NCBI GenBank assembly: GCA_963663405.2
Contig: CAXXSM010000017.1
Location: 1 to 54,380 of the forward strand
Reading direction: 5' to 3'
Length of the DNA stretch: 54,380 nucleotides
Origin: a bacterium
GTDB lineage: Bacteria > Hinthialibacterota > Hinthialibacteria > Hinthialibacterales > Hinthialibacteraceae
Shown here: in pieces, positions 40,228 through 51,333 of the stretch
How the letters are laid out: each line of letters opens with the position of its first letter
How positions within the stretch are numbered: position 1 is the first letter of the stretch
Position numbers and translations under genes: made by a program
Notes under the pieces: generated by a model
Told to the model about the DNA's origin: nothing
Database searches by the model: none
What the model saw: the letters and a program-made list of their open reading frames with translations, nothing else

Positions 40228-43200
40228 ATGAATTCTTGCAGGATACATAAAATCTGGATATTTATTCTTATTCTTCCCCTGTTCCTTCCCCAAACCGTCT
40301 TTGGCCAAGCGATTGAAACCATCGCCGGTGGAGGTGTCGCCGACGGCGCCGCTGCGCTTGACGCAAGTCTTAACACTCCCCTTAGCGTCTGCTTCGATCA
40401 TTTAGGCAATCTCTATATTGCGGACACCAACAATCACCGGATTCGAAAAGTAGATCAGAATGGAATTATTACTACCGTCGCGGGTAACGGAACGAGTGGA
40501 TATTCAGGTGATCAAGGACTCGCCATCAACGCCCAGTTAAACTATCCCACGGATATGGTGGTGGATAAAGCGGGGATTCTGTATATCTCCGATACCAACA
40601 ACCATCGAATCCGCCGAGTCGCGGGAAACGGGATCATCACCACCTATGTGGGGACAGGAACCCCAGGAGATTCCGGTGATGGAGGGGCTGCTGTCGACGC
40701 CGAAATAAGCGGCCCACAAGGTTTGGCGATTGATGAGTCTCGTAATCTCTATATTGCGGACACCATGAACAACCGCATTCGCAAAGTGGATATCAATGGG
40801 ACGATCATAACCGTCGCGGGCAGCGGCCAATATGATGACACAGGCGATGGAGCGCTCGCTATAAACGCGTCGATGAAATCTCCTTCCGGTGTGGATGTGG
40901 ATTCATCAGGTAATCTTTATATTGCGGATACATTCAATAATAAGATCCGGAAAGTCGACAAAGACGGTATTATAACGACAGTCGCAGGTAGTGGGATGTA
41001 CGGTTTCACGGGTGATGATGGCCCTGCCATACAAGCGCAGATCGATTCACCAAGTGACGTGGCGGTCGACCGGTTGGGAAATCTCTACATTTCCGATTAC
41101 GGAAACCAGCGAATCCGGAAAGTCCGGATCGATGGAACTATCACAACCATCGCGGGGGATGGAACGGATGGATTCGCGGGGGATGGCGGTCCCGCGCGGA
41201 ACGCGCAGTTATACTTTCCGTATGGTATCGTGGCGGATACGGCCGGCTCCGTCTTTATCGCGGACAGCAATAACAACCGAATTCGCAAAATTAGTTCCAC
41301 TGGTTTGATAACCACAATCGCGGGCAACGGCTTCTTCGCCTATTCAGGGGATGGCGGCGCCGGAATTAACGCGGCTCTTAACTCACCCTCCAGCATCGCT
41401 GTAGACACCGTGGGCAATATCTTCATTGCGGATTCATACAATCATGTTGTGCGCAAATTGACGCCGGACGGTTCCATAACAACCGTCGCAGGGAATGGAA
41501 CCAGTGGCTTTTCAGGCGATGGGGATGACGCTGTTCTCGCGCAGTTAAACACACCTTCCGGTGTGGCGGTCGACCGGGATGGCAATCTTTATATCTCCGA
41601 TAAATATAACAATCGGGTGCGGAAGGTAAATCCCGCTGGCGTTATTACGACTGTCGTGGGCACGGGACATTATGGGGATTCTGGTGATTTTGGGCCGGGA
41701 ACTGACGCGACGATGAAATATCCCGCTGGATTGGCAATGGATAATACAGGCAATCTCTATATTGCGGATCAAAATAATCACCGCATTCGTAAATTATCCA
41801 AAAACGGGATCATTACCACTGTCGCCGGAAAAGGGATCGCCGGATATTGGGGAGAAAACAGCCCGGCGGTCAATGCGATGTTAAATTATCCCGCAGACGT
41901 CGCGATCGATTCCAACGGCGTTATCTATATTGCGGATTATTATAACCATCGTGTCCGCAAAGTTGGTACAGACGGCAATATCACCACGATCGCGGGCAAT
42001 GGGATCCAAGGCTATTTTGGGGAGGATATCCCCGGAACCCTCTCGCGCTTAAATTTTCCAGCCGGAGTCACGGTCGATCAATCCGGGGTTCTCTACATAG
42101 CCGATAAAAAGAATAACCGCGTCCGCCGGATCAATGCGGCTGGGATGATCGCGACAGTCGCAGGGAATGGAACGTATGGATTTTCTGGGGACAAGGCGGA
42201 AGCTACGAACGCTTCTTTGCGTAATCCCTCCGGCTTGGCGGTCGATGTCGCGGGCAACTTGTGCATCGCTGATGAATTGAATAACCGTATCCGCCGTATC
42301 GCATTCAATTCCGCGCCTACTGCGATGCCGGATACAGCCTATACGCGTGGAATTCTTCCCGTCGAAATTGATGTTATGGCCAATGACACAGACACTGACG
42401 GGGATGAATTCACCGTGACAGATGTCACACAGGGCGAGTATGGTTCGGTCGTCATCAATTCAAGCGGCACGGTTACCTATACAGCGATTGAGAAATATAT
42501 CGGAGATGATCTGTTTGTATATACGATTACAGATTCAGGAAACGCCAAAGCCGTCGGCAGCGTACTCGTCACTGTCGATAAACCAAATACCGCTCCCGTG
42601 GCGGTGGATGACAATAAGACGACGGGTATAGGAATGCCAGTTACGATTAAAGTTTTGGAAAATGATATTGATCTGGATGAAGATATTCTCACCGTCGTCG
42701 ATTTCACATTACCTTCACATGGCGCCGTTGACTATGATGGGGAAGGAGGATTTCTATATGTTCCCCTTGTTGGATATCGTGGATCGGATATGTTCTCCTA
42801 CACCATCGATGACGGTTATGGTTTGACGAATAGAGGAAATGTTTTCATTACCGTCTCCAACATGCCGCCAACTGCGAATGATGATGAAGAAAACACAAGG
42901 AAAGACAATCCAGTCGTCATTTTTCCTTTGTCAAATGATAGCGATCCAGAAGGCACATCGCTAACTCTAACAGGCGCTTCGGAAGCCGAAAACGGAACTG
43001 TCACGTTCGAAGGGGGATCCTCGGTTACATACACGCCGGACGCTGGATTTATTGGAATTGATACATTTACTTACACAGTCCGTGACGAAGATGGAGGTGG
43101 TTCTGCGGGTACTGTGACCATTTTCGTCACTTCTCTCAACGCTCCGATTGCGTTCGATGATACCGCCAGTACAAACGAAGATTCACCACTCGCGATCAAC

Positions 43201-45227
43201 TTAAACGGCGATGACGCCGATGGTGACACCATCACATTCGCCACCGCCACCGTTCCTGTGCACGGTGAATTATCTGAGTTTAATCCGGTTACTGGGTGGA
43301 TTACGTATTCGCCTGATTTGAATTACTTTGGAGAAGATTCCTTCACATTCCGCGCGAATGATGGAATGCGGAATTCCAATATCGCGACGGTTCTCATCAC
43401 CGTTAGGCCTGTCGACGATTTACCTCTCGTGGAATCCATCGAAATCACCATGCTTGAAGATACGTCCGAACATGTTGAATTAATCGGGCGGGATCCGGAT
43501 CAAAAGCAACTAATATACACAATCCTCGAACAACCCTCTCATGGCGTCATCACTAATTTCGTGAATTTTCAAGGAACTCTTCTCTATACGCCCTTTACTA
43601 ATTATCATGGCGTCGATTCATTTACGTATAAAATGAATGATGGGGTTTCAGACACGGATCCGGCGACGGTTTCTTTTACGATCGAGCCCGTCAACGATCC
43701 CCCGATTGTATATGCGCAATCGGTTTGGACTTATGAAAAGACATCGCTGCCAATAACGCTGCAGGGTTTCCGATCCAGATGGGATTGTTACGCTCTCTTA
43801 CGAAATCGATCAATTCCCCAAAAAAGGCACGATCTCCGGTTTCAGTGGTGGCGCTGGAACACTCAACTATATCCCCAATGCGCTTGTTCATAATGAAGTT
43901 GATTCATTTACGTTCATCGCCAATGATGGAGAGGATGACTCACTGCCGGCGGTTGTTACGATTGAAATCCGGGATGCTCCGACCGCCACTCCGACCATTA
44001 ATCCGGAATGGACCGCCACTCCTACACCGACGCATACGAATACGCCTAGTGTAACTCCTATTTCAACCAACACGTATACCCCCACACCTACGTTCACACC
44101 GACTCCCACGGGCACCAACACCCCCCGGCCCAACAATAATCCGCCGGTTGTCCGTGTTGATAATCTGAAATCGGAATATTCATTGAATCAAAAAGTCAAT
44201 CTTCTTTTCGTCGTTACGGATGAAGAGAAAGACGCCGTCAATCTCATTTTCTCAGCTGACGCGCCTATCACACGTGTAGCGGAAGTCACTATTTCCGGTA
44301 TCTTTTATGGAGAATATCGGCTGGACACATCGCAATCTGGCGCGTACTCCTTCGAAGCGCGCGCATACGACGGCAGTCATGTAAGTGAAACCTTGATTGT
44401 CACCTATACAGTGATTGATAATACGGTGATTCCTACTTCAACACCATCCCCAGAACCGACTCTCGAACCCACTTGGACCGCCACACCGGCGCCAACAGAA
44501 ACGGATACCCCCTATTCCAACGCAGCCCGGATCGACTCCGACGTATACGCCAACACCGCATGGTTCCACACCGACAAGCGTCCCAACTCTCAAGCCCGGG
44601 GAGCCAACGCAAACAAGCGTCCCAACTCTCGAGCCCGGCGAACCAACGCAAACAAGCGTCCCAACTCTCGAGCCCGGCGAGCCAACGCAAACAAGCGTCC
44701 CAACTCTTAAACCCGGGGAACCAACACGGACAAGCGTCCCAACGGAGAAACCTGGCGATCCAACACAAACGAGCGTCCCAACCTTCAAGCCCGGAGATCC
44801 GACGTATACACCGACATCGACACCCACAATGTCCCCGTCTCCGACGCCACGGGATACTGAGCCGGTTCTTTCTCTACCCCCGGCGATTGTAATCTACTGG
44901 GATTACACAGGAACCGATGTGGTCTTAAACGATATCCGGGATGTGCATCTCTATGTGCAAACCAATGGCGCCGGCGCCTACGAGCATCTCGGTCATACTG
45001 GAAACGCGTCGAACCAGGCGTTCGTCTGGAAAGCGGATTCACCTTTGGTTTCAGAAGCGTTCCGCGCTGGACCGGACATGGAAAATGCCTACCAATTTCT
45101 GATCTACGTGACCACAATCAGTCTAGATCCTCCGCTTTATGGGCCTCTCGATATCGCCAACCGGGTGGAACTCTTCCCCTTGGGAAATGTTGTCATTGAA
45201 CAACGAGTAGTGTTCCCTGTTCCTTAA
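40228..45227 (+). CDS. Giant secreted NHL-repeat (teneurin-like propeller) protein with cadherin-like/Big_9 Ig repeats and Pro/Thr linkers; frameshifts ~43770-43900 and ~44510
   Basis: Signal peptide from 40228; about twelve 56-aa repeats (L..P..VAVD..GNLYIAD..N.RIRKV...GIITTVAG.G); repeated N..P.A.DD...Y.P...F.G.DSFTY modules; PT-rich continuation in other frames to the stop at 45227. Confidence 0.85.
44574..44807 (+). repeat. Coding tandem repeat, 6 x 39 bp (TSVPTLxPGEPTQ)
   Basis: AC(A/G)AGCGTCCCAAC starts at 44574, 44613, 44652, 44691, 44730, 44769; in frame with ORF 44829..45227. Confidence 0.92.
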
Positions 45228-45370
45228 TTCATGACGCTGGGTTTACGCTAAAATTCTACGATTCGCTTGATCGAGTATATAAAATCCCGTGGCCTTTCGG
45301 CGCTCTGCTCTTTGCTCTACAATTAAGGTTTGGTTTTTTAATTTTTTATTCCTAGAGGGAGTGCAATTCG

Positions 45371-46237
45371 GTGAGTCCGACAAAACGAACGATGATCATG
45401 GCGTTGGAGAGGATTGAAGATCTACCTACTCTCCCAACGGTTGTAAAACGTGTAGAGGAAACTCTCCAAGATAAAAACGCGGACGCGGAAGCGATCGCCG
45501 CCATCATTTCCGAAGATCCCAGTCTTACATCAAAAATCCTGCGGGTTGTGAATTCCGCTTATTATGGGGCGAAATCCGGATCGATTACTTCGGTTCAAAA
45601 TGCAGTCGCCCGGCTTGGTATGGTCGAGGTTAGTAAACTATGTACGGTGCTGGCTGTTATTGAAACGTTCCGTGATTTCGGCTCTCACTTGGATCATCAT
45701 GTGTTTTGGAAGCACAGTTTGTTGACGGGTATTACGACTCGGATCATTCATAGTTCTTGTCAAACCAAGGCGGCGTTCAGCGCCGATGAGGCCTACGTGG
45801 CGGGGCTCTTACACGATGTCGGAACGCTCATCGTTGATCAATATTTTCCCGCGATTTTCGAGGAAACCCGCCGACAGTCTAAAGATAAAAATGTTCCCTG
45901 TTACGAAGTCGAAAGCACTCTTTTAGCGATGGATCATGGTGAGATCGGCGCTTATGTGTTGTACAAATGGAAACTGCCCCAACCGGTCGTCGAAGCGGTC
46001 TCCTGGCATCACCAATTAAAAACTTGTGATCCTGTCTATAAAAACATCATTTCCGCCATTCACCTGGCTGATTCCATCTGTCTTAAACTGGGGATTGGAG
46101 ACATCTTGGAAGAAGCCCCGGATCAATACAGCGAAACCGCCCTTGCCAACCTTTCTCTAACGGAGGACGATTTGCCTTCAATCGCCGAAAAAGTCTTAGA
46201 AGAAACCACCCGCTGCGATTCGTTCCTTGCTTCGTAA
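45371..46237 (+). CDS. HDOD domain protein
   Basis: LPTLP, DPSLTSKILRVVNSAYY, FWKHS, AGLLHDVG, DHGEIG...WKLP...HH. Confidence 0.95.
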   Translation: MSPTKRTMIMALERIEDLPTLPTVVKRVEETLQDKNADAEAIAAIISEDPSLTSKILRVVNSAYYGAKSGSITSVQNAVARLGMVEVSKLCTVLAVIETFRDFGSHLDHHVFWKHSLLTGITTRIIHSSCQTKAAFSADEAYVAGLLHDVGTLIVDQYFPAIFEETRRQSKDKNVPCYEVESTLLAMDHGEIGAYVLYKWKLPQPVVEAVSWHHQLKTCDPVYKNIISAIHLADSICLKLGIGDILEEAPDQYSETALANLSLTEDDLPSIAEKVLEETTRCDSFLAS

Positions 46238-46305
46238 ACAATCAACGAGTTGAATATCAAAATCCTTGTTGTAGATGAATACACATCTAAGCCGCCGAAA
46301 GGAGG

Positions 46306-47022
46306 ATGACGATGAAAACCATCGGTATGATCGCGGGAATGAGCTGGGAATCATCCGTTGAATATTACAGATTGCTCAATGAATTGACGCGGGAGAAATC
46401 AAACAGAACTCATACCGCAAAGTGTGTCATGGTGTCGGTGGATTTCTATGAAATTGAAACACTCCAGCATGAATCCCGCTGGGATGAAGCGGCGGTGATT
46501 CTCTCAGACGCCGCCCGCCGCATCGAAATCGCTGGCGCGGATTTTCTCATTCTCTGCTGTAACACTATGCACATGCTGGAAGACGCGATTACCAGCGTTG
46601 TGAAGATTCCTTTTCTCCATATCACCGACGCCACAGCGCGGGAAATTCAAAAACAGGGAATCCAAACCACCGGTCTCCTTGGCACACGCTTTACGATGGA
46701 AAGTGATTATTTTATCAAACGATTGAAAGAGCGATTTGATATCAACGCCATCACACCGGAAAAACAGGATCGCGATTTCGTTCATGATGTGATCTACAAC
46801 GAAATCTGCCGGGGAATCATCAAACCGGAATCAAAGGAGCGGTACAGATTAATCATGGATACGCTGGTGGACCAGGGAGCGGAGGGTATCATCTTCGGCT
46901 GCACGGAAATTCCTCTCTTAATCCGCCCGGAAGACTGCCCCATTCCGGTATTTGACACACTCTTTCTACACGCGCAAGCCGCCGTCGATTACGCGCTTTC
47001 TATTCCTCCTCATCCTGCTTGA
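46306..47022 (+). CDS. Aspartate/glutamate racemase family protein (YgeA/RacX-like)
   Basis: MKTIGMIAGMSWESS..YY, CCNTMH, LLGTRFTM, GCTEIP. Confidence 0.94.
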   Translation: MTMKTIGMIAGMSWESSVEYYRLLNELTREKSNRTHTAKCVMVSVDFYEIETLQHESRWDEAAVILSDAARRIEIAGADFLILCCNTMHMLEDAITSVVKIPFLHITDATAREIQKQGIQTTGLLGTRFTMESDYFIKRLKERFDINAITPEKQDRDFVHDVIYNEICRGIIKPESKERYRLIMDTLVDQGAEGIIFGCTEIPLLIRPEDCPIPVFDTLFLHAQAAVDYALSIPPHPA

Positions 47023-47155
47023 ATTTTTTGTAGAGAAGATATTGTTCGAGCCGGTTCACCCGCTGATAGATCTGGAATAAGAGCACCAAAACCACAATCG
47101 GAACAGCGAGCGAGAACAGCGCGAAAGGAATAACAAGAATAAACGACACCGCCAT
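47000..47155 (-). CDS. 51-aa single-TM small protein (not in the ORF track)
   Basis: Manual translation MAVSFILVIPFALFSLAVPIVVLVLLFQIYQRVNRLEQYLLYKKFKQDEEE*; GGAG RBS upstream; similar to the C-terminus of the adjacent ORF. Confidence 0.6.
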   Translation of the reverse strand: MAVSFILVIPFALFSLAVPIVVLVLLFQIYQRVNRLEQYLLYKKFKQDEEE

Positions 47156-47189
47156 TATACAATTCTCCAGATTTTAGATTTTCGTTTAA

Positions 47190-47480
47190 TCAATCCCGCT
47201 CGAATAGAATCTGCTCGATCTTCTTCACTTTATTATGGATGAGATAGAGTAAAATCAAAGCGATAATCGGTCCGGTGATAGCGAAAAGTATGATCGGCGC
47301 AAGGATCAAAAGTTCGATTGCGCCGAATGTAGGAACTGGGCTCATAACATCCATCCTTCCTGCTCCATAAGAATCCCCGCTTTTGTCAAACGCTATTCTA
47401 ACCCCCGGCGCAGTGACCGTCCAGACTAGTTTTTCTGTGCCGTTGTTCATCGTAAAGACACTATTTATTTTTAGCATCAT
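47190..47480 (-). CDS. Small membrane protein (~96 aa)
   Basis: RBS GGGGGAGA before MMLKINS at 47480; C-terminal TM followed by IHNKVKKIEQIL. Confidence 0.6.
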   Translation of the reverse strand: MMLKINSVFTMNNGTEKLVWTVTAPGVRIAFDKSGDSYGAGRMDVMSPVPTFGAIELLILAPIILFAITGPIIALILLYLIHNKVKKIEQILFERD

Positions 47481-47659
47481 TTCGCTATCTCCCCCCTGCT
47501 TCGCACAGAAGAATTCGAGTGATACAATGAATAACTTGTTGGTTGATCGAAGGATGAGCAAGAATCCATGATCGAACTGGATTCTCATTCTTGAATTATG
47601 AACCAGCGGGACATAGATGCAGGATGGAAGAATCTTTTGTGATCTAAGTTGAGGTTGAT

Positions 47660-49918
47660 ATGGATACATCAAAATACACGGAATGCCGGTTATCACTGCT
47701 GCAATCCGTCGACATGTTGGTGGAGATACGCGAGCGGCTGCTGGGGCAATATAACGCCATGCTTCCACCGTTGCCGGATAAGTTGAAATCGGTCTTGGAG
47801 TCTTTGGATAAATACCGGTCCCGCCTGGATTCGGAACGGCTGTATGTTGCGTTCATCGGTGGATTCAGCGCGGGGAAATCATCAATCGTCAATGCGATAT
47901 TAGGCGATTATGTTCTTCCCGAATCACCCGAAATCACAACCGCCGTGCCGACGATGCTCCAAAAAAGCCGCGACGGTAAGCCATACGCAAAAGTCCGCTA
48001 CTTGAATGAAAGCGAACAGGACGCGCTCGATACCATGTACCGCTGCGAACTCTGTTCCGCCTTCAACGCCCCGCATCTTGAACAACTCCCCTTGAAGGAA
48101 CTGATTGCGGAGATTGAAGAACGCGCCGCGGTGGGCGAAAATCGCACGCTGGTTCATTATTACAAAATGTTCGCCACACTGCGCAAACAGAGGAAGATCG
48201 ATCCAACCGCTTTGGAAAAAACCGTCAGCCTTGCGGAAGCGCAGAGCATTATCACCGATGAGAAAGAATCCGTCTTCATCGATAAAGTCTCGCTTTATTT
48301 GCCTTGTGAATTGCCCGATGATGTCACCCTCGTCGATCTCCCCGGCGTCAGCGTTCCCAATCCACGGCATCGCAAAGTCACCTATCATTTCATTGAAAAG
48401 AACGCGCACGCGGTCGTCTTCGTGTTGCTCGCTCTGCGCGTCTTTGATAAAGATGAACACGAGATCATGCAGATCATCCGGAAAGGCGATGAAGAAGTCG
48501 CCCAGAAAACGTTCTGGGTCTTGAACCGCTGGGACGGCCTGACTACGAGCGAACAAAAAAACAAGACCGACGCGAATTTTAACAAAGCCATGTCGCAGGA
48601 CTTTGGTATCCACAATTACCGGTATTACAAAACAAACGCGTTGTACGGTCTTCTTTCGCAGTTGTACCTCCAAAACAAAAAAGTCACCGATCCCAAACTG
48701 CGAAACCATAAATCTGATTACTTTCTCGATTTGAAAAACAAATATCAAAACGACCACGCGGCGGCGCTGGATGACAGCCGCATCCTCCGGTTGAAGCAGG
48801 ATCTTTTTGATTTCCTCAACAACAGAATCCGGGAAGTGACGATCCAAGGCTATATCAGCCGCTTGAAGAATGATATCAACGATCCGCTTTATAACCTTAT
48901 GGCGAACGTCAAGGGTGAATACGAATCGTACATCGAAGACCGGCTGGACGATGAGATGAGAAACGAGATCAAGTCACAGGCCGACGAAAAAATCCGTCAA
49001 GGCAAGCAAAAGATTAAAGAAAACCTGGACGATATGTTGACGGATGTCATTATGGACAAACTGGATAAGTTTCGGGAGAGCGACGCGCTCCATTCCGTGC
49101 GCGATCAGATCCAGCGGACCATCACGGAAGGCCCTGAAACCGACGCGCAGAAAGCGTATATTGAAATCGTCAGTCAACCCTACCGCAAATTTCCCTACTA
49201 TTTTGAAATTGAAACCAAAATCATCGATAAACTGAACTTGCTCGTAAAACAGAAATTCATTGAAGTCACGAAAATCAACGTGGCGACGATTTTCAATGAT
49301 TTCGTCTTACAAACCCATGATGTGATTGATTCATTGAATGATGAGATTGAATTCGACAGGATTTTCCGGGGAAATATCGATCGGATTCTGGATGAAGGTG
49401 GTTTTGTATTAACAATTCAAGGGATGGTGGATAATTACGCCCGCGACTTGGACGATATCCTCATTTATAAACCAAAACGGTCTTTTGCGAAATGGTGGTC
49501 GGAACCTGATTTATGCGACCGGCTGTTGGATATCGCCAAGATCGGTTACGATCGCCTGCACAAAAACACCAGTGAAATCCAGAAGGAAGATCTAGAGATT
49601 AAAACGCAGAAGATCCGGGATTTACTTGTAGATCACTACATCGAGAAAGCGAATAATTTTTACAATCACGTCTTGAATCAACTATGGACCGCAATCAAAG
49701 ACCATCTTATTTTTGTCCGGCAAAAATTGGAGGGATTGCTGGATGATGAATACAAACAATTATTATTGAAGCGCTTAGAAAACGAAATCCCCCTGCAGTA
49801 TGAGAAGAAAAAATCCGATTACAACAAACGCTGCTTAGCCGTGCGTGGAATCATCGATGAACTGAACCGCGCCAACGAACGCCTCCTTGACGTCAGCCGC
49901 CTCCTGCCCGCGGGATGA
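47660..49918 (+). CDS. Bacterial dynamin-like GTPase
   Basis: G1 GGFSAGKSSIVNAILG, G2 ITTAVPT, G3 LVDLPG, G4 VLNRWD, long helical C-terminal stalk. Confidence 0.88.
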   Translation: MDTSKYTECRLSLLQSVDMLVEIRERLLGQYNAMLPPLPDKLKSVLESLDKYRSRLDSERLYVAFIGGFSAGKSSIVNAILGDYVLPESPEITTAVPTMLQKSRDGKPYAKVRYLNESEQDALDTMYRCELCSAFNAPHLEQLPLKELIAEIEERAAVGENRTLVHYYKMFATLRKQRKIDPTALEKTVSLAEAQSIITDEKESVFIDKVSLYLPCELPDDVTLVDLPGVSVPNPRHRKVTYHFIEKNAHAVVFVLLALRVFDKDEHEIMQIIRKGDEEVAQKTFWVLNRWDGLTTSEQKNKTDANFNKAMSQDFGIHNYRYYKTNALYGLLSQLYLQNKKVTDPKLRNHKSDYFLDLKNKYQNDHAAALDDSRILRLKQDLFDFLNNRIREVTIQGYISRLKNDINDPLYNLMANVKGEYESYIEDRLDDEMRNEIKSQADEKIRQGKQKIKENLDDMLTDVIMDKLDKFRESDALHSVRDQIQRTITEGPETDAQKAYIEIVSQPYRKFPYYFEIETKIIDKLNLLVKQKFIEVTKINVATIFNDFVLQTHDVIDSLNDEIEFDRIFRGNIDRILDEGGFVLTIQGMVDNYARDLDDILIYKPKRSFAKWWSEPDLCDRLLDIAKIGYDRLHKNTSEIQKEDLEIKTQKIRDLLVDHYIEKANNFYNHVLNQLWTAIKDHLIFVRQKLEGLLDDEYKQLLLKRLENEIPLQYEKKKSDYNKRCLAVRGIIDELNRANERLLDVSRLLPAG

Positions 49919-49926
49919 AAGGGAGA

Positions 49927-50487
49927 TTACCCAAGAATATCATTCACGGTGATTGTCAAATCAGGAAAGGCTTGTGGAGACAGTGCTTGATCCGCGCGAT
50001 ATTCTTTCTTGATCTGATATCGTTGGAAAAAAGGCTCCCGGTACGTTTCAATAACATTTTCATTTAAATCAATGAGCCATACTTCAGGAATCGCATGTTG
50101 TGCGTAAAGAGGCAGTTTGATCCGCCGGTCGGAATTCGTTGATGAATCCGAGACCTCGATCAAAAGTAGAATATCGTAAGAACGGGGGTGTTTAGGATAC
50201 AATTCGGGTTTGAAATGCAGGATAGCGATATCGGGTTCCGGTTCGGAATACTCATCTAAATGGATGGGATTTTGAACGCTGAGCGCCGCTTTTTTATTCG
50301 CCTGCAATGAAAGAAATTGATCGAAGATACGTCTCACGCAATTCGCATGTTTATTTCCAATTGGAGCCATATCAACAATCTCTCCTTCAATCAGTTCTAC
50401 CCGCTTCTTTTCGGATAAGAGATAATCCCGATCGAGTTGATAATACTCACTTACATTGATTAAATGTTTATTCGGTTGAATCGCCAT
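49927..50487 (-). CDS. Uma2 family endonuclease (DUF820), copy B
   Basis: RVELIEGEIVDMAPIG..H, EPEPDI, LLIEVSDSS...DR.IKLPLYA...IPEVWLIDL. Confidence 0.95.
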   Translation of the reverse strand: MAIQPNKHLINVSEYYQLDRDYLLSEKKRVELIEGEIVDMAPIGNKHANCVRRIFDQFLSLQANKKAALSVQNPIHLDEYSEPEPDIAILHFKPELYPKHPRSYDILLLIEVSDSSTNSDRRIKLPLYAQHAIPEVWLIDLNENVIETYREPFFQRYQIKKEYRADQALSPQAFPDLTITVNDILG

Positions 50488-50551
50488 GAGATTTACCCCA
50501 GATCAAAGCGCGCCTTTCATATCAGTATAAACTTATTCGAATGAAACATTT

Positions 50552-51112
50552 TTATAAAAGATCATTTACGTCGATTGTCAAATCGGGAAAGGCTTGTGGA
50601 GACAGTGTTTGATCCGTGCGATATTCTTTCTTGATCTGATATCGTTGGAAAAAAGGCTCCCGGTACGTTTCAATAACATTCTCATTTAAATCAATGAGCC
50701 ATACTTCAGAAATCGCATATTGGGCGTAAAGAGGCAGTTTCACGTGGCGGTCTTGAAAGATCGACGTGTCGCTCACTTCGACAATTAAATATATGTTCTT
50801 CGGTTGGGGGTGTCCTTCTCTATAAAAATCGCTCTGATAATTCACAAGAGTAATATCCGGCTCCGGTTCCGAATAAACGCTAAGGCAGATGGGTAATTGG
50901 ATTCGCGTAAGCGCCTTTTGACTCGCTTGTAGAGGAAGGAACCGGTCCATTACCCGCGTCACAACAGCGGCATGTCTACTTCCCATTGGAGTCATTTCAA
51001 CAATCTCTCCTTCAATCAATTCCACCCGCTTCTTTTTAGAAAAGAGATAATCCCGATCAAGTTGATAATACTCACTTACATTGATTAAATGTTTATTCGG
51101 TTGAATCGCCAT
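50552..51112 (-). CDS. Uma2 family endonuclease (DUF820), copy A
   Basis: Same motif set as copy B; tandem paralog of identical length (186 aa). Confidence 0.95.
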   Translation of the reverse strand: MAIQPNKHLINVSEYYQLDRDYLFSKKKRVELIEGEIVEMTPMGSRHAAVVTRVMDRFLPLQASQKALTRIQLPICLSVYSEPEPDITLVNYQSDFYREGHPQPKNIYLIVEVSDTSIFQDRHVKLPLYAQYAISEVWLIDLNENVIETYREPFFQRYQIKKEYRTDQTLSPQAFPDLTIDVNDLL

Positions 51113-51333
51113 GAGAGGCTCCTGCGCCTGCGTGTTATGAGGATTGGTTTATAGTACTCTATAGTATATTGGATTGCAATCATGGAACACAGATTTGATC
51201 TGTCATTCTTGACCCTTGAGGCGTGGGAAGATAGAGTCCTGAAGGGAGGGGAATGACAGTACAACCGCGTTAATGCGTTCTAACAGGCCGGCGGATCGGC
51301 TCCGCTGTATCGAGAAAGGAATGAAGTGACAGG

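Noticed and set aside
44574-44807. Regular direct repeats as a possible CRISPR array
   Set aside because: Contiguous 39-bp units with no unique spacers, in-frame Pro/Thr coding, no cas genes.
47924-48847. 307-aa antisense ORF inside the dynamin-like gene, and similar shadow ORFs throughout
   Set aside because: Antisense to well-supported genes, no motifs; explained by codon bias.
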